NCBI RefSeq assembly: GCF_018977255.1
Contig: NW_024704745.1
Coordinates: forward strand, 8,928,001 to 8,992,000
Length of the DNA: 64,000 nt
Direction: 5' to 3'
Source of the DNA: Callorhinchus milii
Taxonomy: Eukaryota
Positions 10,469 through 23,384 of the stretch are shown here, one piece after another. A model generated the notes under the pieces. It was given only the letters and a program-made list of their open reading frames with translations, did not search any database and was not told the DNA's origin. A program made the position numbers and the translations under genes. Numbering within the stretch: position 1 is the first letter of the stretch; each line of letters opens with the position of its first letter.

Positions 10469-11794
10469 AACAATTGCTGCCTGATTGAAAACAATCGCGT
10501 ATTTTTTTCTTGGTGGAAAAGGATCCAATTAAATCCTCAAATAAAAGGAGTGTGATTCAGACAGCCATAAGAAATCCTAGGTTTCTTGGACGCTAACTGA
10601 AATCGAGACATAATGTTTCATTGCACTAATAATGTGCATTATTAGTGTATTATTAATTGCGTTTCTTTGCATATTCTTAAGAAAGAAGAATTTTTCTGCC
10701 AATATCTCTTAGGAATTAGCCAATGATCTGTTTCAGAACTGCTTTTATAATTTTTTTTCACAAAAGAGAGACCTACACATACATTATTCATTAAATATAG
10801 CACTTATGACTTCAAACGCTTCAAAACTCTTTACAAAGATTCTATCAAGTGACTGTAATTTGTAAGTGAATGTGGCAAACAATTTACACACAACAGTGTC
10901 CCACAAACAGCCAGGAAGTGAATGACCAACGTTTATGTGGAGGAATGTTGTCCGGGACATACAGAACCACTGTGGAGTACTATCATTTCTCTTTTTAATT
11001 TAACATTTGTGGAGTCTATTGATACTTAAAAATAGACATGTTGTGCTTGTGTCGAACCTTAATACATTACATAGCTATTGCTGTTCCCTGATAAAATTCA
11101 GTAAAATGTAATTAAATCAGCGCAGTGGTAAAAGAACAATACGAATTACACTATAAAATCACAGCACTTGAATTACGTTTCACTACAATCATTATTTATT
11201 TAGGTTAAACTAAATTGGATTTCTTTGCATATTCTTAAGAAAGACCTGTTAGAAGAATATTTCTGCCCTGCATTTGATATAGCGCCGCTTTACGTCATCA
11301 AGAAGTCTTAGGATACACTGTAAAGTGTAGTGACTGTTTTTGTCAGCTTTGCTTCATAACTGGAATGAAAATGTTTCATGACTGTCCATTGATATGATTT
11401 AAAAGTTACCCGTATACTCTATACAAACAGTTACTGTACTTCAGAGATTACTCTGGAATAAAATATTTTCTTTCAACAATTTATTTGAATAATACAACCC
11501 AGTAACTAATCACTTGTTTTTAATAATAAAGTGCTTATTTTTGTTTTTCTAGCTGTGTATCTAATGCTGTGGAAAAGACATAATATTTTGTCGTTTAGCA
11601 CAGTGGCCTGGGGAGCCAGATGTACTTGATTCCCACTCAAACTGAAAATGACTGAGGATAGCAGTTAACTTTCATGTGGTCAGACCCATCGCCATGCTTA
11701 AGAGTAACCAAACCAAACTACTGATTGTTCCACACATGTATGGAAATTTATATTTGCCTGGTATGAACTGCACGCTCTCTTCCCAGGGAGACAC

Positions 11795-12336
11795 ACCCTG
11801 CTCATCCATGCATTCGTCACCTCCCGACTCGACTTTTCAATTGCTCTCTTCGCTGGTCTCCCCAGCTCCACCAGGCACAAGATCCAGCTGATCTAAAGCT
11901 CCGCGCCCACACACTCGCCATCACACCAGTTCTAGCCAGGCTCCGCTGGCTCCCTTTCGCCGAATGAATTGATTTCAAGATCCTCACGCTCATTTTCAAA
12001 TCCCTTCATGCCCCGGGACCTCCCTACCTCTCAGACCTGCTTAATTCCCAACCCACTATCTGCTGCCTCCGCTCGACTGGCTCCAGCCTCCTGCATGTCC
12101 CTTGTGCCCTCCCTCTGTTCCACCGTCTGTGGCTGTGCTTTCAGCAACTACGCCTCAAAACTCTGTAACACTCTTCGGCTATGGCCCTTCCTTTCCCGAC
12201 TTCAGATCGCGCCTGAAGACTTTCGTCTTCGACCGTGCCTATGGTCACCTCCCCCCGTTTGGGTGCTGCACCACTGTCAGGCGTTCTGAGTCGCTAACCT
12301 GCATGATGGGCGCTATATAAATGCATTTGTTGTTGC
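11795..12336 (+). mobile_element. Diverged L2 3' fragment
   Basis: CTCATCCATGCATTCGTCACCTCCCGACTCGAC (LIHAFVTSRLD) through GGCGCTATATAAATGCA tail. Confidence 0.85.
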
Positions 12337-12339
12337 TCA

Positions 12340-12700
12340 CCTAATCGCCAGAAGTAACAGGTTGTAGGTTTAATCTCGATATCAGGACTTTTGAGCTCAT
12401 AATTTATTGGATCAATGCTTCACTGTAGTTCCAGGAGAATGCGGTTTTGTTAGAGGTTTGGTCCTTCGAAAAAGGTTTCAACCTGAGGCCCCATCTTTTG
12501 GTTCAGGTGGATTTTAAAAGATCCCATGATACTGATCAAAAAGAGAAGTCCTGGCCAACAATTGTCTAGATAAAATGAAATTGTCATTCACTTCATGGCT
12601 ATTTGGGGGAACATTCCTGCCCTAACACTAATTGCCTGCTGTATTCATGTACAATTATAAACAAAACATACAGTCTACAATTCGCCCACAAAACATACAG
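12340..12700 (+). mobile_element. Older Deu-domain SINE (SacSINE1-like), degenerate
   Basis: TTCAGGTGGATTTTAAAAGATCCCATG...GTCCTGGCCAAC core. Confidence 0.7.
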
Positions 12701-12714
12701 TCAATTTACTTTAC

Positions 12715-13065
12715 AAGCAAACTCCCTGCTTGTCGGCCTCCCCAACTCTTCCCTCCATAGGCTGCAGATCATCCAGAACTCTGCAGTCCATGTTCTCTCC
12801 TGCACCAGGCTCTGCGACCCTACCACCCCTTCCTCGCCCGACTCCACTGGCTTCCCATCACACAGAGGATACACTTCAAGAGCCTGGTGCTCACTTTCGA
12901 AGCCCTCCATGGTTCTGCTCCCCCCTACGCCTGCAATCTCCTAACTCTACCTACCTGCCTGCTCCATCCACTGAGCGGTCTCCAGCCTGCTTCACATCCC
13001 CCGCCTCACCTGCCCCACTATTAGCGGGCATTTTGAGATGTTCTTAACATTATATCAAATGCAAA
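12715..13065 (+). mobile_element. L2 fragment
   Basis: NSLLVGLPNSSLHRLQIIQNSAVHVL. Confidence 0.85.
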
Positions 13066-13067
13066 GA

Positions 13068-13387
13068 TAATAATAATAATCCTTGCATTTGATATAGCGC
13101 TTTTCACGTCGGGAGGACGTCCCAAAGCGCTTCACAGAACACACTGTAAAGTGAATTGACTATTTTTGTGGGTGAACGCGGCAGCCAATTGCGCACAGCA
13201 ATGTCCCACAAACAGTCGTGGATTGAAAATGACCAATTTATTATTGTTTTTGGTTTCTGGAGGGATTATTATTAGGCTCTGTGTGGAGAAAGGAAACTTG
13301 CCCAAGGTTTCGCCCTCTGCCTGGAATTGAACTCGGGTCTCTCGCTTGCAAAGCGAGTGCTCTAACCACTGAGCTACAGGACTCCAC
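13068..13387 (-). mobile_element. Full-length tRNA-Ala-headed SINE, young short subfamily
   Basis: Near-identical to 1544-1873, 22769-23094 and 31010-31339. Confidence 0.93.
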
Positions 13388-13736
13388 AAATTTGTTTTGT
13401 TCAGAAAATATTTATTTAAATATAATCTGTGTTAATTTTCCTATGCTACTTTTGGTGTGCGCAAAAATATCTGAGCATTTGTAGAGCCTTACTGGTTTCA
13501 TAACCTGGAGTTTTGTAAAACATATTGGGAATGGTCATCTTTGAGACTGAATCCTGGAGCTTTATTTCCGCCTGCGCTCCCTCAATGTGAGTTCAAGCCT
13601 GAATAATTAAAATATTGTTGGATTTATCACTCTATTTAACTTGGATAATAACTGTTGTTTACCATTGTTTTCAGTAGGATTTTAAGAAAGTGATCAGATG
13701 ATTTTACTACTGTGTAAGTACTGTCATGAGAGTTCT

Positions 13737-13768
13737 TACAGTTATGGTTATTGACCAGAAGGTGGCGC
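13737..13768 (+). promoter_or_regulatory. Candidate CTCF site with upstream module
   Basis: TACAGT-N13-CAGAAGGTGGCGC (core CCAGAAGGTGGCGC 13755-13768). Confidence 0.62.
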
Positions 13769-13834
13769 GGTTGCACTTATACACAGCTACAGTGTGTTTC
13801 AACCGAGCGCTCTCAGCGCCGTGATGCTGTAACT

Positions 13835-14601
13835 CAAGGTGGTCCAACCTTTTGGCTGACGTAGGCTGGAATCCCTATTTGGGAAAGTTCGGGGGCCACG
13901 CAAGCAATATTTTGTGTTTTACTTCCAGAAGCGTGACAACATTCACACAGCGTCTTTTTCATGTTGGAAGGACATCTTGACACTGTGGGCTGGGCACCTG
14001 TAGCCGGGGGTGGGAGCTGAGCCGAGGGACGTGGGTCGGGGAGGGGAAAAGCCGACCGAAAGCATGGTCAAAGAGTTAGGTCTTGACGTGCTTTGAAAGA
14101 GGGGAGGGAGGGAGACCAGGAGTGGAACTCCAGAGGGTGGGGGCAAAATGGTGATGGTGTGTGTGGCACGGTTTCTGTGAGGAAACGGCACGTCACCAGG
14201 TGTCAGTCCTCGGTGTTTCATTCCTCTCCCCCCACCCGCGGTGACTGAGGGAGACTCCTATCGTCTGTCCTAACAGTGAAACAAAAAACGCTGCCATCAA
14301 TTCTCCTCTCTCTGCTCTCTCACTCTTTGTTTCTCTTTCTCCCCCTCTCGCTCATGCTCTCTCTGCCTCAATCAGACTACACTCTCTCTCTGATGGACTC
14401 TCTGGCACACTCTCTGCGTCTTTCACACACTCTCTCTCACTCCTTCTGAGACTCTCGTGCTGCATCCCAACCGCCGGCACCTGGCCTGGGAGAATGTTTA
14501 CCAGGGAGGGGGGGAGTGGAATGTTGGAAATGGTCTCGAGCCGGATAAAATAACCCGCCGGGCCAGATGCGACCCACGGGGCTGCTGGTTGGGCCACACT
14601 G
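13835..14601. mobile_element. Non-autonomous hAT (Charlie-like) DNA transposon containing a degenerate L2-like piece (about 13940-14140)
   Basis: Perfect 8-bp TSD CTGTAACT (13827-13834 and 14602-14609); 15-bp TIRs CAAGGTGGTCCAACC / CAGTGTGGCCCAACC (12/15 identical). Confidence 0.85.
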
Positions 14602-14992
14602 CTGTAACTGAATAACTGGGAGCCTACCTGGACTTCTATTTGCATGTTACTACCAGTTCACCTTCTAAAGGTGAAACCAACCCAAATGTAAGAAAAATAA
14701 CACTCCTTCCTCGATGGGTAACGAGAACCAAAATAAAGGTGGTTTGAGCCCATTTCTTTATTGACAGCGTAAATATTTGGAACACTGTGTGCAGAAGTTG
14801 GCCATATACCATTGTGGCTCAGTAGATTGAGACAGTGCCTGTATTTATGGCCTGTGTGAATCCTAACTCAGCCGATGTGGAATGTATGTACGTCATTGAA
14901 GTGGTGGCGATTTGTAACTTTAATTCTTAGTTTAGGCTGTTTCCGTCCAGTCGGTAGACAAGGTGGCCTTCTCATTAAGTTGTGGTTAATTA

Positions 14993-15382
14993 ACCTTTAA
15001 GGCCATCCATGGCCTTGCCCCCTCCTACCTCTCTGACCTGCTGACTCCCGACCAACCTGCCCGCTCTCTCAGCTCATCAGGCTCTGGCCTGCTCCATGTC
15101 TCCCGCCCTACCATCGGTGGCCGGGCTTTCAGCCTCTCTGCCCCCACACTCTGGAACTCCATCCCACGGTCCCTTTACCTCGCTTCCTCCTTTGCCTCCT
15201 TCAAGGCCGGTCTCAAGAGCCTTCTCTTCGACTGTGCCTTTCGTCTTCCTCCCACTTCTCTGCCTTCCCTCACCCCTACACCACCCCTCCCCCATGCTTG
15301 AGCCCCGACACCTGACTGTTCAGCGCTTTGGGACATCCTCCCGACGTGAAAGGCGCTCTATAAATGTAATTTTGTTGTTGTT
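14993..15382 (+). mobile_element. Young L2 3' fragment
   Basis: Close match to 220-604; (TTG)n tail. Confidence 0.92.
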
Positions 15383-15739
15383 GGTCCCCAAGACGGTTGT
15401 TTGAGATTGAACCTGGACTCTAAAATAAATGGCCTCAATTGCCAAGCATCACGTTTTGTGAGTGGTGATGTGTGCCTGGCCTTGTCATTGCATATGAATT
15501 GCCAAATATGGCTATTCGATACTGATGTCCACAGGGACAGGACCTGGTCCTGAAGACCAGGACCTCATGTATCACCAACTAACGTTATTTCACTACAGAC
15601 CCATATTGGTGTGAATTCAATGCGGGTAGTTTTGCCTGTCTGAAAGCGTAGGCATTTTTAAAGTAAGTTACTGGATAACAGCCAAGCATAGTACAGTAGA
15701 GTTGCCTGATTTTTCTCTCTCTCTCTTTCTCTCTCTCTC

Positions 15740-15880
15740 TCCTCCCTATCCCAGGTAACTGAGGCCAATTGTTAACACCCCAACTGAGATCATCCGACTC
15801 CACACAGATCAGGGACTGAATCAGTTACTTCATGGTTCATATGACACACATCAGAGGCTTTACCAACTGACCCATCGAGG
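15740..15880 (-). mobile_element. Fragment of an old, different tRNA-like-headed interspersed repeat; related pieces at about 17560-17830, 19240-19520, 34990-35270 and 42355-42460
   Basis: Shared motifs CCCTGRTCTGTG..ATCTCAGYTG and ATCAGGAGC...GATTT...CCCT among copies. Confidence 0.55.
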
Positions 15881-17844
15881 AAGCTCGGAACATGTGTTAA
15901 AAGGATGTAATTTTCTAACAGAGCTTACCCAAGACTTTGGTTCCACTTTAAGTAGACCCTGGACTCCTATTATTTTGTCGTTTCCCCCCCACCCCCATCT
16001 TTTAGTTCAATGAATGTTAAATGAATTTCGCACTTCTTGCATTGCATTTGGTTATGGTACAGTGGGTGAATATGATTTAAGAGTAAGCAGGGGATAGATT
16101 CAGCCAACTTTCAGGGAAATGAGCAAACTTGGAGGAGTTAAAAGTCACAGTGCTTTATTTATATATGTCAAATGTAAATCCAGTATACAATTGCTATACA
16201 ACAAACAATAAAATGTAGAGTTCTTTCAAGACAAGCGTTTTGGAGACATTTTTAACTAAAGTACCTTATAGTTGTGCAAGTTGACTACTTGTATTTTGAC
16301 TTATGGATAGAAATTGTTATAATTTACAGAGTAATTTTAGGCTGAATGCGGAATTTACTGCATGAAAGAGCATCAAACATGCTCCATGTTCAGTTTTATA
16401 TAGAAGCCATTTTCAGTATGACCCGATCAGATACATTTTCTCCCATACTTCATTTTGAAGTTGCACATTTCCACATTTGTTTTTCTTTCCCCATAGACTT
16501 GCCCATGAGTTCCCAGCTTCAGAATTTTCCCTCGAAAAACTTCCTGCGTTGAAGTCAAGGGCCTTTGTTCAGTAAACAGTGGATTAATTCCTGGTAGGAT
16601 TCCTCACTACACTGCTGCATTTAGACTGGCTGCCTGGACTCATTGACGTCTTTGTATGAGTTAGCTTGCTTGGAAATGTCTGACTCATTCACACTGGAAC
16701 TGGGTGCAGGCAGAGAGAAGAGTTCAGTGAAATACAGCATTCATACTCTAATCATAATGTAATTTCCTTTTATGGGCAGTTTCTTGCCAAAACCAAAATG
16801 ATGTCGTTCAGTTCCTTTTCAGTGCGAACATTGCCAACCAAGTGCTTGGAGAGATTTCAGTCTGGAACCAGACAGTTTTTGAGTCAGTCTGAATCAAGTA
16901 GCACAGCCATAAATATGAATAGACCCTACCCCCCCCCATCATGTATTTTCCATCTTAGATTATCACCTTATAATAACCCATTCTGCAAAGAGTCTTTTGT
17001 TTTTCAATCTGTGATTTCCTGAGGCTTGTAACAGTATGAGGTTTGCAGCTGTTTTTTGCTGCAGAAAACTGTCAATAGAACACACTGCATAGCACAGTTC
17101 CAAGTCAGCCCGGTGGACTATGCAGCATATGTAGCACCTTGTTCTATTCATCCTTTGCAAAAACAAAGCAAAAAAAGTTTTACATTTTGCTGCAAGTATC
17201 AAGAGGACTGAGGTTGGAAGCGACACTTTTTTTTGCTTGTCCCCTTGCAGCTTGTGTCTCTGGTTGGGGTTCAGATTTAGATGAGGTTCTCTCAGGCACC
17301 TTTAGCAACTTTATTGTGTTTGTTCTCGGTTTGGGGATGCGGGTCGGGACTGAACGCCGAAGAATATCCTCTTGTGCTACCTGAAGGAATAAAATGCAGA
17401 GAATTCCTTAGAATCAAGAGGTTACAGTTATGTTTATGGACAAGTTATGGTTCCAAGCATTTAGAAATAATTTTGAAACCAATCCTTTTGCGTACTTTAT
17501 TTACTTTCACACGTTTGTTGCTGTATGTTCTGTTCATCCCTCTTTTCTGCAGTGTTTTTTAATTTGTTTTCCTTCTGCTGAGCTGAGGTTCAACACTGGC
17601 ATCTATACTAGTACTGGCTATCATTCATATGTAAACCTTGATATTGAGAGTGAGGAAGCTATATGTTTATGTATTGACCCTGAAACCAACCCAATCCTAT
17701 CCTCACCCAATTTTCACAGTGGACTCTGTGGATAGCGATTTGGGAGCATGGATTCTATGATTTTCTCCCTCCCCCTTTCCCAGGGACACTGGATCAAATT
17801 TTAACACCCCAAGTGCATCCTAGGCTAAAATAATGATGAAATAA

Positions 17845-18190
17845 TAGTAATCACTGCATGTGATATTACATCTTATCACGTTGTTGAGACGCCTCAAAGC
17901 ACTTTACAGAATATATTGTAAAGTGAACTTACTGTATGTTGTGGGCAAAGCGCGACAGCGCGCACAGTAGTGTCCCACAAACAGTAGTAGATTCAGTGAC
18001 TTTTTTTTGAGGGATTATTACTCCCAGAAAGCGATCCGCCACTCGACTAACAATCGTTTTCCTACTTACTGCTAGGAAAATAGAGGCGTGTGAAGTAAGG
18101 AAATTTGCCTAAGGTTTGCCCCACCCAGGAATCGTACCCAGGTCCACTCGCTTGAAAGGCAAACTCGCTAACACCCATGCTGCAGGATTC
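17845..18190 (-). mobile_element. tRNA-headed SINE, long subfamily
   Basis: Head, body and tail align with 18815-19190. Confidence 0.85.
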
Positions 18191-18814
18191 CTCAGCTTAC
18201 TCGCCGTGATTGGAACCTACGACTTTCCCACCTGTACAGTCTATATACGCACTAGATCACTGGTCTATCTTTTACCTCTATTAGAATTTGCTCCGTAGAG
18301 TCTGAATTCGAAATCCAATTACAATAGCCAATGTTTCTCACGGCTGTGAGAAAGGATGCTACATTTGGCCTTGGCATCTCTGGAGCGGGGAGGAGAAAAA
18401 CTAGCCAGATTTATTTTTAGTGATTTCCGCGAGAAAGTACACAGAGCAGATATTTGAGCAGGATAAGATTTGCTGTGATGCTTCATTTGGCACTTAACGG
18501 CGGGTTCAATCTTCAAGAATGACTCATTGCGATGAGCGATTGAACAGCACCACTGAAAATTTGGGAAACATGGTTGAAAGCACAAGAGCTAGTCCCCCCT
18601 GATAGGCGTATAATCACTTTTAAAACTCCCATTGAGTAACCTCGAAATACATTTACCATTCCAGGAATTCCAAGATTCATTGCGGGACTTGTGATTCATG
18701 ATCTTTATATAATATTGGAAGATGAGACTTTCCTTTTCTCCGCCACCCCACCCTCCTTTCCTGAAGATGTCCAACCCATTTTTATGCTACTGTTTTGTTC
18801 GTTCCACGATCAAT

Positions 18815-19190
18815 GTGGAGTTTTGTAGCTCAGTGGTTAGAGCACTCGCCTCACAAGCGAGTGACCTGGGTTCGATTCCAAACAGGGTGAAACGTTGGGC
18901 AAGTTTCCTTACTTCACACCCCTCTGTTTACCTAGCAATAAGTAGGAACCCGTTAGTCTGTTGGTGGGTCACTTTTCCAGGGTAATAATTCCTTCAGAAA
19001 ATAATAATAATAAATTAGTCACTTAATCCACGACTGTTTGTGGGACACTGCTGTGCGCAATTGGCTGCTTCGTTTCACCCACAAACGATAGTCAATTCAC
19101 TTTACAGTATATTCTGTGAAACGCTTTGAAACGTCTCAAAAGCATGATAAAGCGCTGTAACAAATGCAAGGATTATTATCATCATTATCA
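18815..19190 (+). mobile_element. Full-length tRNA-headed SINE, long subfamily
   Basis: GTGGAGTTTTGTAGCTCAGTGG...GGTTCGATTCC...AAGTAGGAACCCG...GCAAGGATTATT. Confidence 0.9.
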
Positions 19191-20726
19191 ATGGTCATAC
19201 CTTCCGTTTCTGGGACAAGCATGTATCATTCATGTGAGCTTTGAATAGTGAAGTACTGTATCAGATAAGCTATTTGACCAAGTGAGGGAGGCGTTGCAGA
19301 TAAGCCTGAACTTGTCACGTAAGGTCTTCACATCCATGCACCTGGAGTAACTGGGCTGTAATCAGGAGCAGAAATCCATCTGATTTCTACCCCCACCCAC
19401 CTCCACCCAACTTCCCTAACGCATAGTGCAGGTTAATTGAATGCCATCTTGTAAAATCATCTCACTGAAAGACTTCAGATTGAATCTAAGACCTTCATGG
19501 TCTGCATGATTCAGCAAAGGTTAGCTCGTTCATCACCAAAAGAAATACAGTCACTACACCTATAAATCCTATAAAATGCTTTGAGACAATGATGTAATAC
19601 GGCGCTAGATCAATTGTAAGGATTTTTTTGATTGACTATAAACCCATGACAGTGAGGAGTAATGTGAGACTTTGTAAAGGCATTTTCTACTTTTGATATC
19701 CCATGTATCATTCCCAGGCCTCTGACAGTCTTCTGAAACTGGTCACACAAATAAGAAATTGACATGGAGTAACACTCTCCACTTCTGCATCCTTGTGGGG
19801 AAGCCACTGACTTGTTTGCTGACATGAGATTGGGAACTCACTGTGCGGAGTATTGGGAGCATGAACATGTGTCCCAGGGATTGTTGGTAAGGACACTGGG
19901 AGAAACTCGCTTCTCTTTGGCAAGTGTATTGGGTCTCCTGAAGACTGACACCAAAGATATATTGCAACTTAATATGAATAAGTTGTCCACTGGATTCAGT
20001 TTAAAAATTGCCATGCTGGCAATCTTCTACCCGTCTGACTATGTGTGCATGCAAAATACACAGTCACTATACTTGTTTAAGTATAGAGTAAATACTCTAA
20101 GATGTCTGGTTGATGTGATAATATATATAAAAATGCAGGTATTATTATGTCCATAAGTACATTTTCCTTGAAAATGAGTGTCCCATGAACACAGCAAATA
20201 AAAACACATTTCACTTGACGTAATAAAACTTGATGGTTTTTGAAAATGATCATATTGAGAATATTGTTATATTGGGAATAGGGTCAAGTCAACACCACCG
20301 ATTTACTATTACAGTTATTTCTTCTGTGTTTCCCCACATCGCATTGAATGCAGTGATGTATGTTGGGTATATGTCTTACATAAGAGTCTATTTGTCATGT
20401 AAGTCAGAGAAAGAGTATCAGCAGACGTCATGAGGGAATCAGGCAAACTCAATTATGTGCTTACCTGGCTTCCGCATGTTGAGACCAGCAGAGGCTGATT
20501 CTTTATTGGATTTTTGAAAAATGTCTCATTAGATTTGCTTTCAAAAGATATATTGTGTGTGTGTGTGATGTGCGCACATACTCATCAAGCAGTTTGAACA
20601 GGTTAAAGCAATTTTCTTAAAAACGGTACCGAAGTTAGTTCTATAATGGAATGCAATTAATCAACGGGATCTAAATATATTTTTGCAATACTGTTATCAC
20701 ACCCACATACACTGCACATATATAAT

Positions 20727-21120
20727 ATTAATCCTTGAATTTGATATAGTGGCTTATCACATCATCAAATTTGTCAATGTACTTCACAGGATTTTTACTG
20801 TGCAATATAGTGACTGTATTCGTATGCAAATGTAGCAACCAATTTGCGCACAACAGTGTCCCATAAACAACCAATTTTATATGGGGGATTGTTGGCCAGG
20901 ACAACGGTAGAAATTGCATTATTTTTTCAAAAAATGCTAAGGGACATCTTGGGATGTCCTCCTGATGTGAAAGGCGCGATACAAATGTAATTTTGTATTG
21001 TATTGCAACATCCACATGAATAGGCAGACGGCACCTCAATTTAACATCAAAACCAAACATAGGCATTTCCTTCCAACTGTGCAACACTGCACTGGAGTGT
21101 CGACCTAGACTTTGAGCTTC
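20727..21120 (-). mobile_element. Older Deu-domain SINE with a short plus-strand L2 tail (about 20945-21005) inside
   Basis: Tail ATCCTTGAATTTGATATAG, GTTGGCCAGGACA core; insert GTGAAAGGCGCGATACAAATGTAATTTTG. Confidence 0.7.
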
Positions 21121-22768
21121 TTACACTATGAGTAGCTTTTGCAAAAGAGTCGATAGTTTAAAATCATCCAGAGTGTATTTTGTTCAAACATATAATTAGC
21201 TTGTGTGTTGTCTTAGTTGTAAAGCACTCTTCCTGGTTTGGGAATAGGAATTAAGCATCTCACATTATTTGAGTAGCATGAAGAAAAGGAACTATATAAA
21301 TTAACATAATCAAATAATTCAGACCGTCGGTAATGTACACCGCCTATTATAATGCCTCATACGCTTGTGTTATGTCAGCCAAATTAGTATGGGTTGACTT
21401 CTAAGCTTTTTTCCTCTTTGATGAATGTATAGACAGGAAAAAGGCTCAAAAGCTTTAGAAAAAGATCCAGCTGTCCATCTCAAACCACCAACATTTTCTT
21501 TGGCTGTAGCTGCTAAGCATCAAAGGCATTTTTAAAAAAAAAAGGAATTATAAGGTTTCTAATTGTGACGTGTTTCTAACTCTGTGGCTATTTCTCCAGG
21601 GTTCAATTTTATCAGTTCTGGGAGATTAAATATAATTCCATAAAGGTCTCGGCTTTGACACAATGATCTCACCGTCTTCAAAGTTGCTTTTGTATCCAAT
21701 TTGATGATTGTGTACATTATTGCGGTGAATTTTCGATATTTACCAGTGTTTTGGTTGCAGAAACCATAGAGAAGCCACATTTCTTTATGTATAAAAAAAT
21801 TATTATGCATCAAAATTGTCATACACAGGAAATATTGCTTCAACTATCCTGCTGACTCATTACAGCAGAGGCCAAATTTTTGTTTTTAAAAAAAGGATTT
21901 GAACCCAAGGATCGTTTTGAACTGTATCGTAATGGATATGTTTGCATTTTATAAAAGTATGTTTTCGTTGCTGAATAGGATAATATAATTTTTCCTCAGG
22001 ACCAAAGTAGCAAAAGTATTTTTTGGAAATACTGCAAACCGCTTTTATCTGATGTTTGGGAACTATAGCAGCCTTTAACGATAGATTATTATGGTATCTA
22101 GCTTTTCCTGGTATGGGATGTTTTATATATTATGATAGTTTTCTAATTGTGAAGGAGGGAAAACACATTTTTCAAAGCAGATTAAAGATAGCCAAGTTAC
22201 AGGGACCACATGTTGGGCTATCAGTATTAATAAACGTGATCGATCCAGGACTGGGGGTTAAGTGACTACTGGCAATTTATAGAACCATTATAATATAATA
22301 TCTTATAATATAAATCAAGCTCAAAATGAGTAACCAGGATATATTATAACTGAGGACGACTATACAGAGCGGAAGCAGTGTTCTTTATATACATCTGAAC
22401 CATGAATAGAATTTGAATGTGGGCACTTCTAAAGTTGCAGCCACTTTTTCAAAAAAAATCCTCGCATTTGATACACATTTGATACAAATGATACATTTAT
22501 CACGTCATTGAGATGTCTCAAAGCGCTTTAAAGAATATACTGTAAAGTAAATTGACTATATTTTGTGATGAAACAAGGCGCACAATGGTGTCCCACAAAT
22601 AGTCGTGAATTGAGTGACCAAATTTTTTTAATATATATATACATAAGAATTATAAAATATCACTGCAGTAAGTGGTAATGTGTTAAATTAACCCAATCTT
22701 TGTTACCAATCTTTGTGTGGTAGTCTACTGTTCATGCTAAGAGTGGTCTGATTGTATTCACTCCAGGT

Positions 22769-23094
22769 TAATAATAATAATAATAATAATCCATGCATTT
22801 GATATAGAGCTTTTCACGTCGGGAGGACGTCCCAAAGCGCTTCACAGAACGCACTGTAAACTGAATTGACTGTATATTTGGGCGAACGCGGCAGCCAATT
22901 TGCGCACAGCAATGTCCCACAAACAGTCGTGGATTGAAAATGACCAATTTATTATTTTGTTTTTTGGAGGGATTATTATTAGGCTCTGTGTGGAGTAAGG
23001 AAACTTGCCCAAGGTTTCGCCCTCTGCCTGGAATTGAACTCAGGTCTCTCGCTTGCAAAGCGAGTGTCCTAACCACTGAGCTACAGGACTCCAC
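22769..23094 (-). mobile_element. Full-length tRNA-Ala-headed SINE, young short subfamily
   Basis: Near-identical to the other young copies; (TTA)n tail. Confidence 0.93.
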
Positions 23095-23384
23095 TAAGCA
23101 TAAAATGGGAATACAGTGAACGATGTGATTGGTAGGCCTTAATATCTAACTAATCAGAGGACAAGTCCAAGCAGCTTTGTTCCTTTGCTTTTGCTATGAC
23201 ATCCACTAGCTATGTTTATATTGCCGTTGTAATTTTTGTTTAAGATTTACTTTAGAATAGTTGTTCATAAACAAGTCACCCATATTTGTTCCACAAGAGC
23301 ACTTGGAGGGATCAGTACTACACAAACATTTTTTTGTGTATATAAAGATATGATAAATGTGTTTATCATCCAGGCTACAGTCTA

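Noticed and set aside
15925-15950. GTGGAACCA (VEP) on the minus strand as orthologue of the human terminal exon VEPLLLPH
   Set aside because: No AG acceptor or pyrimidine tract before it, and no further similarity
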